Source: Fibrobacteria bacterium (GTDB lineage: Bacteria > Fibrobacterota > Fibrobacteria > UBA11236). Taken from it: a DNA stretch of 21,757 nt. The notes below the pieces were generated by a model that was not told the origin of the DNA, did not search any database, and saw only the letters and a program-made list of their open reading frames with translations. Positions 9,142 through 16,541 of the stretch are shown one piece after another; position 1 is the first letter of the stretch, and the number at the start of each line of letters is the position of its first letter. The DNA lies in contig JBGTHM010000017.1 of NCBI GenBank assembly GCA_041746255.1, positions 1 to 21,757 on the forward strand, written 5' to 3'. Both the position numbers and the translations under genes were made by a program.

Positions 9142-11364
9142 ATGAAAATTACACATAGTCTGGTTGGCCTCAGTCATGTCGCGATGTTAGTGCTTCTGAC
9201 AGGCTTACTGCCGGCTTTCGCCCAGAATTCAACCGGCGATATTTTTGCAAAATTCCAGGCGCAAATTACCGCCTATTATGTTCAATCAGCCATCCCGGAT
9301 AAGGACGCCCAGGAAATCCTCTCCTCCCAGACAGCCGATGGAAGCTGGCCGGATATCGATTATTCCAGCAAGTCAACGGATGGGAATTGGGATCCCAAAA
9401 ACCATTTGCACCGGGTGCAGAGTATGGCGGAAGTATATGTGTCGCCCACTTCATCCCTTTCAAAAAATGCGGTTCTTCGGAATGCCATCGTGGCCGGTTT
9501 GACATATTGGATGGATAAAAATTACAGCAATTCCAATTGGTGGTGGAGACGGATCGGGATTCCCCGCCCGGTGGCCGTGACGCTGGTTTTGATGGGGGAG
9601 AACATTCCCAACGCTCTTGTGCAAAAGACCATGAATTCGGTGCTGAGCGATGCCATCACCAGCATAGACCCGAGGCGGACAGGCCAAAACAAGGTTTGGA
9701 TGGCGGGAATCGAATTGAAAAAGGGTTGGATCCGCAAGGACAAGGCGCTGATGATTAAAGCCGCCGAGGCGGTTTTTTCCGAAATCAGGACTACGATGGC
9801 GGAGGGCATCCAGCCGGATTGGACCTTTCACCAACATCATGCGCAGATGCAAATGGGCGGGTACGGATTGGGCTTTGCCGGCGATCAAATCCTGTGGATA
9901 TACGCCATGACCGGTACCGAGGCCGCCTTGCCCAAAGAGAAAATGGAGATCTTCCGGAAATTCTTGTTGGAAGGTCAGTGTTGGTTTCGCTGGAACCAGG
10001 ACTACGATTTGAATGGGATGGGAAGGCACTTGAGCGGCCAGAATACCAAGGCCGCCAATCTTGAAAAAGTCCTCAGGGAAATGATGGTCGCGGACCCGGC
10101 ATACAAGAGCACATATGAATCGAACTTACGGTGGCCCAATGAGTTGATTGGCAACAAGGTTTTCTGGAGGTCCGATTTCGGAATTCATCGCCGTCCGGAC
10201 TGGTATAGTTCCGTTCGCATGAAATCGACCCGATTAATCGGCGGGGAAAATACGCTGGGGAACAATAATCAGGGCCTGCACGGAGCTTCCGGTGTCCATC
10301 TTATTTACCTGAACGGCGGGGAATATGACAGTATCGCCCCGCTTTGGAATTGGCGGCGCTTGCCGGGAACCACCATCGATCAAGGTATTTCGGACATCGT
10401 GCCGGGCAGCAGGGAGGAGATGAAAGGGAATTCCGACTTCGCGGGAGGATTGGGAGAAGGATCTTCAGGTGTGTCTGCCATGATCTATAAACTGGGCGGG
10501 CTTACCGCCCATAAAGCCTGGTTTTTTGAGAAAAATGCCGTCATCTGTTTGGGCGCGGGGATAGATGGACCCAGCCAAGGCGCCATTTTTACCTCGGTTG
10601 ACCAGAAAAAATGGTCAGGAACGGTCAGCAGTTCCATGGGCGGCCTCACGGAAAGAACCAATGCTTTGCCGGCAGGGGGGTGGGTGCATCAGGCGGGAAT
10701 CGGGTATAAAGTCGAAAACGCCGCCATCGTAAGTCTCGCGAAGGTTTCCGGAAATTGGAATACCATAAATGCGCAGGATCCTTCTAAACCGGTATCCGGG
10801 GATATTTTCAGCATTTGGATGGACCATGGGAAATCCCCTAAAAGTGCAACTTATGCCTATTTCGTATATCCGCAAACAACTGCAGCTCAAATGGCGCAGG
10901 TAATCGCCGGGCATCGTACCAAAGTACTGGCCAATACCGATAAAGTGCAAGCCACCGAAGGAGCCGAAGGCGTGCACGCGGTATTTTATGTCCCTGGACA
11001 ATTGAAATTGACCGGGGGCGACGTCATCTCCGTCGACAAACCTTGTATTCTCAGCATACGCGATAGAAAATTGATTGTAAGCGATCCGACCCGCCAATCG
11101 ACATCCGTGGAGGTGACGGTAGCAGGCAAAAAGATTGCCGTCAAGCTTCCTTCGGGAGGCCTGGGCGGATCCCAGGTAGAACAGGCAATCGAGTATAACG
11201 CCGTCGGAATCCGGGCGGGGCTAAATCATCCGCGAATGGCGCCCCAGGTTTACCGGGAGGGTTCTTTGCTTATCCTGAATACCGGGTATGAAAATTCCCA
11301 TCCCGAGGGGAGTTATCGGTTGGATGGAAAGTTAGCCTACCCCGTGGGACCGATGCAAAACTGA
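9142..11364 (+). CDS. Polysaccharide lyase family 8 (chondroitin AC / hyaluronate lyase-like)
   Basis: Start moved from 9007 to ATG 9142 (AAGGA upstream, signal peptide follows, no overlap with previous gene). PL8 motifs DGSWPDIDY, NWWW, TGQNKVW, GIQPDWTFHQH..Q...YG (catalytic His/Tyr), GR, WNWRRLPGTT, KAWFF, CLGAGI, W.DHG..P..ATYAY. Confidence 0.9.
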   Translation: MKITHSLVGLSHVAMLVLLTGLLPAFAQNSTGDIFAKFQAQITAYYVQSAIPDKDAQEILSSQTADGSWPDIDYSSKSTDGNWDPKNHLHRVQSMAEVYVSPTSSLSKNAVLRNAIVAGLTYWMDKNYSNSNWWWRRIGIPRPVAVTLVLMGENIPNALVQKTMNSVLSDAITSIDPRRTGQNKVWMAGIELKKGWIRKDKALMIKAAEAVFSEIRTTMAEGIQPDWTFHQHHAQMQMGGYGLGFAGDQILWIYAMTGTEAALPKEKMEIFRKFLLEGQCWFRWNQDYDLNGMGRHLSGQNTKAANLEKVLREMMVADPAYKSTYESNLRWPNELIGNKVFWRSDFGIHRRPDWYSSVRMKSTRLIGGENTLGNNNQGLHGASGVHLIYLNGGEYDSIAPLWNWRRLPGTTIDQGISDIVPGSREEMKGNSDFAGGLGEGSSGVSAMIYKLGGLTAHKAWFFEKNAVICLGAGIDGPSQGAIFTSVDQKKWSGTVSSSMGGLTERTNALPAGGWVHQAGIGYKVENAAIVSLAKVSGNWNTINAQDPSKPVSGDIFSIWMDHGKSPKSATYAYFVYPQTTAAQMAQVIAGHRTKVLANTDKVQATEGAEGVHAVFYVPGQLKLTGGDVISVDKPCILSIRDRKLIVSDPTRQSTSVEVTVAGKKIAVKLPSGGLGGSQVEQAIEYNAVGIRAGLNHPRMAPQVYREGSLLILNTGYENSHPEGSYRLDGKLAYPVGPMQN

Positions 11365-11374
11365 TTTTTGCGCT

Positions 11375-13237
11375 TTATTGGTGCAACAGCCAATAAAGCA
11401 TACCCGTTAAAGTGGTGGCGGGTTTGCCAGTCGCCGGGTCAATCTCCGGAACCGTCGCCATTCCAAGCGCCGGATCCCCTTTGTCATAATTGATGATCAT
11501 GATGACATCATCGGGCCCCAGGAGCCTTTCCGCTTCATATTTGAAATAGCGGTTTTTCAGGACCTGGAAAAATTCATCGTTGAGGTCGTTTTCCTGCACA
11601 TTGGTGCTATGGGACATGAACCAGATGAAAGGTTTTTTACGGTTTTTACTGTTGAGCAATATACCGTTTTTGAAAGCTTCGTAGGACACGCCGTTTGACC
11701 CGTGGGTGAATGGCGATTCCATGAACATGCCGTCTCCCTCATTAAAAGGAATTTCCGCTTCCGTGCCCTGAAGGGGATAGGCGCCCGTGGAATTATCCAT
11801 CGTGAAGGGAAGGGGTTGCCAGCCGGAATAAACCCGGTTGAATAGCATCCAGGATTGGTCCGGGGTAACGGGTAAATCCTGGAACTGCGCCCGACCCAAT
11901 TCCATTTCGTTTACCCGCCAATTTTCAAGGGGCCCCTTGTAAATCGCGGCGGCTTCATTATAAATCCTTATGTCCGGATAGGTCTTTCGCAGATTGTTAT
12001 TGGGCTGGCTGGAACCGGGATTATACTCTTTATCTCTGACGCTGCCCTCAATCGGAACAATGACAACCCGGGTTTTGACCTTCCGGAAAATTTCTGCGGC
12101 TATTTCCCGGCTGACATAGGCCGAGTTGTACCAAATTCCGTCCAAGTGCTCGCGCACATAAGTCCATTTATTCTCGTTGACCGCATCGGCCAGGGGGCTA
12201 GCGCCATGAAGAGCCATGAAGACTCTTGGACGGCCAAGAATATCATCGGGTATTTTTTCCACGGTGACCGATACGATGCGACCGTCCAAACCCCTGTCAT
12301 CCGAAAAACAGTCGTCATCTTCGGGCTTGATCATGAAATCGCCATTGGCCAGTGTGAAGCGAACTCGGTATCCGGGGGCTACCTTCACCGAGGCAATACT
12401 GAATTTTGGCAGACCGAGGTCCTTAAGCGTGTCTGTGCTATAAAGTCCGATTTTGGTGAGGCTGACCTGGGTTCCCGCATGGTTGCAGGCTGAATAGACA
12501 TTGGCCAAAGAGGGCGGTACGGAGCTGGTAATCCGTAAGTTATTTGCCTTGTTTTTAACCTTGTGCAAGAGCGAATTTATCGTATCCGGAAAATGGCGTA
12601 CATATTCCCGTTGTGGATAAAAACCGGGTTTGCTGAATAAAAGCGTGTCGGCAAGAGCAAGGTTCGACTTTGCGAGGGGAGTATTTTTGAAGGTATCCCT
12701 TGCGGGAGCATAAGAGCTTGGGAAGCCAGAGCGGCCCACGTTATTTCCTGTATATGCAATTCTATACGCCCGAATTTCGTCATCCATTTTCAAGCGCAAT
12801 AAAAAAATGCCGGGCTCCAAATTTGACACAAGTGAGAATAGAGAAAAAATCCCTGGTGGAGGAATCTTGTCGTTAAGGGTTGCGACCAATACACCCCGCA
12901 GATTAAAAAGTTCTGCCGATATGCGCATTTTTCCATCGGTGAGAATTTGCAAGGAACCCATGAAAGGAGATGGGGCGGGGTTGAACCTTATCAGGTTGGC
13001 GCTAAGGGAGGTAAAACTATAGACTCCTTCCGAATTGGTGATTGCCGTATCGCTGCGAGTTGCAAATTTTACCATAACTCCGGGAATCCCGGTATTGGTA
13101 TAGTCGACGACTTTTCCACTCATCACCGGAGCGGAAAGGGTATCTCCAGGAACGGTCATCAAAAGGAGTGCGCACACTCTAATGAAAGAGTATTTAGCCG
13201 AAGTTACAAGTATTTTCAAAACACTCACCTTTGCCAT
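11375..13237 (-). CDS. Exported multidomain hypothetical protein: carboxypeptidase-regulatory-like domain with internal CTD-like insert, beta/gamma-crystallin-like domain, unknown C-terminal domain
   Basis: ATG 13237 preferred over GTG 13252 because AGAGGAG lies just upstream. Hydrophobic N-terminus; SGKVVD...PGVMV...TNSEGVYSF; LFNLRGVLVATL...PGIFLLRL; DTLLFSKPGF; crystallin-like VYSACNHAG..VSL..G.Y....L...SIASVKVAPGYRV. Confidence 0.8.
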   Translation of the reverse strand: MAKVSVLKILVTSAKYSFIRVCALLLMTVPGDTLSAPVMSGKVVDYTNTGIPGVMVKFATRSDTAITNSEGVYSFTSLSANLIRFNPAPSPFMGSLQILTDGKMRISAELFNLRGVLVATLNDKIPPPGIFSLFSLVSNLEPGIFLLRLKMDDEIRAYRIAYTGNNVGRSGFPSSYAPARDTFKNTPLAKSNLALADTLLFSKPGFYPQREYVRHFPDTINSLLHKVKNKANNLRITSSVPPSLANVYSACNHAGTQVSLTKIGLYSTDTLKDLGLPKFSIASVKVAPGYRVRFTLANGDFMIKPEDDDCFSDDRGLDGRIVSVTVEKIPDDILGRPRVFMALHGASPLADAVNENKWTYVREHLDGIWYNSAYVSREIAAEIFRKVKTRVVIVPIEGSVRDKEYNPGSSQPNNNLRKTYPDIRIYNEAAAIYKGPLENWRVNEMELGRAQFQDLPVTPDQSWMLFNRVYSGWQPLPFTMDNSTGAYPLQGTEAEIPFNEGDGMFMESPFTHGSNGVSYEAFKNGILLNSKNRKKPFIWFMSHSTNVQENDLNDEFFQVLKNRYFKYEAERLLGPDDVIMIINYDKGDPALGMATVPEIDPATGKPATTLTGMLYWLLHQ

Positions 13238-13335
13238 TGATCTCCTCTTCACTATAATCCTGGAGACGCTACATTACCCCAATTTTATACCGAAAAGTTA
13301 CCGGAATTCAGGAGTTGGGAACTTTCATGTCCCTT

Positions 13336-13364
13336 AACCTACGCCACGGGAAGGTTCGTCGCAA
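13336..13364 (-). promoter_or_regulatory. Candidate sigma70-type promoter (TTGCGA-N17-TAGGTT) for the 13237 gene
   Basis: -35-like TTGCGA at 13364-13359, 17-nt spacer, -10-like TAGGTT at 13341-13336. It starts 17 nt downstream of operator-like site 3. Confidence 0.35.
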
Positions 13365-13381
13365 CATCTCACTTAACCGAA

Positions 13382-13401
13382 CTGTATTTTATGTAAAACA
13401 A
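13382..13401 (-). promoter_or_regulatory. Conserved 20-bp operator-like site 3 (TTGTTTTACATAAAATACAG on - strand)
   Basis: About 145 nt upstream of the 13237 start, in the divergent region shared with the TIGR02147 gene; matches the consensus. Confidence 0.72.
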
Positions 13402-13716
13402 TAAATGGATATTGGGTTATGGAAGTTCTTGAATTGATGAAATACCGGCTACTGAGAAATCGATTATGTGTGATTAGTTTAAGCAAATAAGGTTTAAAGG
13501 AGGTAAATTAAGGGTGTGGCGTTAAGCAGCTAGGATAGGTTTTAGGTGCTTGAGCGACTCCTTTTCCTTAAGCGGCCAAAGGGGATTGAATGAATTTTCT
13601 TTTAATGAATAGCCTTATGAAAATTTCCATTATCGGTGTACCGGCAACCCTTTCCTGGACTTTCTCCGCCCTATCCGCCTCAAAAAACCGGTTTCAATTT
13701 TAAAGCTCACCGAAAA

Positions 13717-14544
13717 ATGCAAGATATTATCACATATTCCGATTTCCGGGTTCTGTTGAAGGACCTTTTCGTTCAAAGGAAAAAGGAAAATCCCCGCTAT
13801 TCCTATCGTGTATTAGCCAGAAAGGCCGGTTTCAAATCCGCCGGTTATTTTGGAAATCTTCTGAGTGGAAAATGCAATCCTTCCTTGACCATGGCCTACA
13901 GGCTGGCCGAAGCTTTCGACTTGAAGCGATACGAAGAGGATTTTTTCGTGACCTTGGTTCAGTTCAATCTTGCCGCAACAGCTTCCGAAAAGGTGAAGTA
14001 TTACGAAAAGCTCAATTATCTTAGCCGGACCGAATTAAAAATCCTGGAAGCAGAACAATACGGGTATTTCGGAGCATGGTATAACATTGCCATTCGGGAG
14101 ATCCTGGACTATTACAAATTCAAGGGTAATTATGCTGAGCTTGCCAATATGGTTGTTCCAGCCATTTCCCCCGTAGAAGCTAAGCAGGCCATAGCCAACC
14201 TGGAATCGGTCGGAATGATTCGCAAAAATCCGTTCGGCCATTATGAGAAAATAGATTCCGCGGTAACGACACCACCATTATGGAACTCCGCGGGAATTGC
14301 GAACTACCAGAATCAATGTCTCGACCTGGCCAAGCAGTCATTCGACAGTTGGGAAAGGAAATTTCGTGACGTTTCTACTTTGACGGTGAGCATTGCCGTG
14401 GATGAATTTCAAAAAATTCAAGAGAAGATCAATCAAGTCCAGGAGGATATCCTGCTTATTGCGCAGAACGTGGACAAGGCGGATCGAGTCTATCAAATCA
14501 ATTTTTATTCGTTTCCGTTGACTCGGATAGGGGAGAAGCTTTAG
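13717..14544 (+). CDS. TIGR02147-family protein (N-terminal HTH, C-terminal DUF4423); putative transcriptional regulator
   Basis: 275 aa from ATG 13717 (the ORF track extends to GTG 13636). Family-typical sequence YSDFRVLLKD....RK..NPRYSYRVLARKAGFKSAGY...L.GK, WYNIAIREIL, P.IS..EAKQA...L...GMI, RDVSTLT, RVYQINF..FPLT. Confidence 0.88.
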   Translation: MQDIITYSDFRVLLKDLFVQRKKENPRYSYRVLARKAGFKSAGYFGNLLSGKCNPSLTMAYRLAEAFDLKRYEEDFFVTLVQFNLAATASEKVKYYEKLNYLSRTELKILEAEQYGYFGAWYNIAIREILDYYKFKGNYAELANMVVPAISPVEAKQAIANLESVGMIRKNPFGHYEKIDSAVTTPPLWNSAGIANYQNQCLDLAKQSFDSWERKFRDVSTLTVSIAVDEFQKIQEKINQVQEDILLIAQNVDKADRVYQINFYSFPLTRIGEKL

Positions 14545-14547
14545 ACC

Positions 14548-16395
14548 ATGTATCGAATAATTCACATATTTGCTTTCGCGGCCTTCTTAATCGGATGCCA
14601 ATTCTTCAGCACAGATCCTTCCTCCACCGAGCCTGATGAGTATGCAGGCGGCGGCACCCGTACTACTAACGGCGAAGTGGCGGGAAGGATCAAGTTCCCT
14701 GACGCGTCGCCTGCGGAGGGTGTGCAAATCCGTTTATATAAAGTCTTTTTGGCGCATGAAAATGAATCCTATTCCGCTGAATGGGCCGGTCTTAGCGATA
14801 GTCTGGGGAACTTTTCCTTTCGGGACGTTCCTGCGGGTAATTTTGCCATGTCGGTAATGGACCGAATAGCCGGAACCAAGGCCATTATGCCGAGAATCAG
14901 CAAAGGTAGAGAAGGGTTCGTTATTATGGACGCAGTCCTTTCTCCTTGGGTTACGCTGAAAGGCAGGGTATTTCCTTCGGACTCCGCATCACCTGAAAAT
15001 ATCCAGATATGCATTCCCGGATTACCGAACTGCATCAAGCCGGGCCCGGATAGCGTTTACATCTACCCCGAAGCGCCCCAGGGAAATTTCGATCTGGTTT
15101 TTCTGTATGATGACATTGCGAACTACCTCCCCATTCGGGCGACCCGGAGCGAGGAGGACACCCTCTATCTCAGGGATATCGAACTGGATCCCGCCGTGGC
15201 GTCGAGTCCCCGATCAGGTCACTTTTATGAAACCAGCGCGGAAAAATCGGTGTATATTCTTCCGGCCGTCTATGGTCCCGGTAACAGACCGGGCTGGTAT
15301 ACGGGAAAAAAATTCGACCGCATCCAGTACTTCACCTCCGCGAGTGATAACCCCTTGCAGCAATGGAATTTCGAGGATTATAAGGAATGGAGTCACAGCC
15401 GAATTATTGAAGTCCCGGCTTATCGACCCCAATCCGCCGGGAATTCGGTTCAAGTGAATTTTCCGCATTACCTGCGGCTCACCGGTATGGAACTGGATTT
15501 TTCCCAGGTAGCTTCCGAAGGAACGGATATTCGCATATCCAGTGAGTCGGGCAAACATTTGACGTACCATATCGCAAGATGGGATTCAGCCAGGGGATTG
15601 GCCGATCTCTGGGTGAATATCGACACTTTACGTTCCGCCGCTACCCCGGCAAAATTGGTTTTGTATTGGGGGAATCCGGATGCAGAAGACCGCTCCGATC
15701 CCATGGCTGCTTTGGGCCCTATCCCGGAAGCCCGGCATTTGTGGCCTCTAGACGACAACGTGCAGTCTTCGCTGGTCAGTGACTTGCGTGGTACCCATCC
15801 CGGCTATTTGACACGCATTGGGCTGGGTAAAGATTTAACCGTCAACCATGCCGTAGCGGGAGTTCTCGGAGGAGCTTTGCGGCTTGATGGAATCCGCGAT
15901 CAAATCACTATTGACCCGCATCATGTGCTGGATAGTCCCCAAATGACCCTCTCCGTTTGGGCCAAGAATTCGAAATCCACTCTCTCAGTGCAACAGTACA
16001 TCGTACGGAAAGGGGAGGGCGGTAAAAAACAATGGCATCTGGCCTTGGATGCAACGAATAAAATCAGGGTTGCAATTGGTAATTCCGAGAAAAAACAAGT
16101 GGGAGTCTGGGTCAGCAAGAATGCAGTCGAAATTGACCAATGGCACCAGTATACTTTTACTTTCCAAGCCGGTGTGGTAAGAGCCTACCTTGACGGCGAG
16201 GCATTGGCGGGTACGGTATTCGGTTATTTCCCCAAGGCAATTCCCGGGTTTAACTCGACTCTCATGTTGGGTCAACGGATCGTTGAGAGTGAGCAATTCT
16301 GGTCCGGCGATATCGATAACCTCATGCTGGAAGACAGAGCTCGAGATCCGGATTGGGTTCGTATGCTCTATCAGACCCAGAAACCCGTTCCCTAG
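14548..16395 (+). CDS. Lipoprotein with carboxypeptidase-regulatory-like, DUF2341 and LamG/ConA-like domains
   Basis: 615 aa; lipobox LIGC (Cys17); AGGGTRTTNG linker. DUF2341-like NFP..LRL...LDFSQ...GTDIR.....GK.L.Y.I.RWD.....A.LWV...LYWGN. LamG-like GGALRLDG, TLSVW, QWHQYTFT, YLDGE, WSGDID. Starts 3 nt after the TIGR02147 stop. Confidence 0.85.
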   Translation: MYRIIHIFAFAAFLIGCQFFSTDPSSTEPDEYAGGGTRTTNGEVAGRIKFPDASPAEGVQIRLYKVFLAHENESYSAEWAGLSDSLGNFSFRDVPAGNFAMSVMDRIAGTKAIMPRISKGREGFVIMDAVLSPWVTLKGRVFPSDSASPENIQICIPGLPNCIKPGPDSVYIYPEAPQGNFDLVFLYDDIANYLPIRATRSEEDTLYLRDIELDPAVASSPRSGHFYETSAEKSVYILPAVYGPGNRPGWYTGKKFDRIQYFTSASDNPLQQWNFEDYKEWSHSRIIEVPAYRPQSAGNSVQVNFPHYLRLTGMELDFSQVASEGTDIRISSESGKHLTYHIARWDSARGLADLWVNIDTLRSAATPAKLVLYWGNPDAEDRSDPMAALGPIPEARHLWPLDDNVQSSLVSDLRGTHPGYLTRIGLGKDLTVNHAVAGVLGGALRLDGIRDQITIDPHHVLDSPQMTLSVWAKNSKSTLSVQQYIVRKGEGGKKQWHLALDATNKIRVAIGNSEKKQVGVWVSKNAVEIDQWHQYTFTFQAGVVRAYLDGEALAGTVFGYFPKAIPGFNSTLMLGQRIVESEQFWSGDIDNLMLEDRARDPDWVRMLYQTQKPVP

Positions 16396-16439
16396 TTTAA
16401 TATTCTAGATCCGGTATTTTAGAGTTTTTATAGGGTCTT

Positions 16440-16459
16440 ACGTATTATTAAGAATACAG
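16440..16459 (+). promoter_or_regulatory. Conserved 20-bp operator-like site 4 (ACGTATTATTAAGAATACAG)
   Basis: 82 nt upstream of the 16542 start; matches the consensus with one deviation (C at position 2). Confidence 0.68.
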
Positions 16460-16541
16460 AATCTTATGAATTAGCAATGCAGCTAAATTTTTAGGCGATA
16501 TATTAGGAGGGAATGTCATGTAGATACCTTGGAGGTTACTC

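Noticed and set aside
13496..13525. Perfect SD AAAGGAGGT followed by GTG TGG CGT TAA
   Set aside because: It would encode only 3 residues; there is no evidence for a functional leader peptide.
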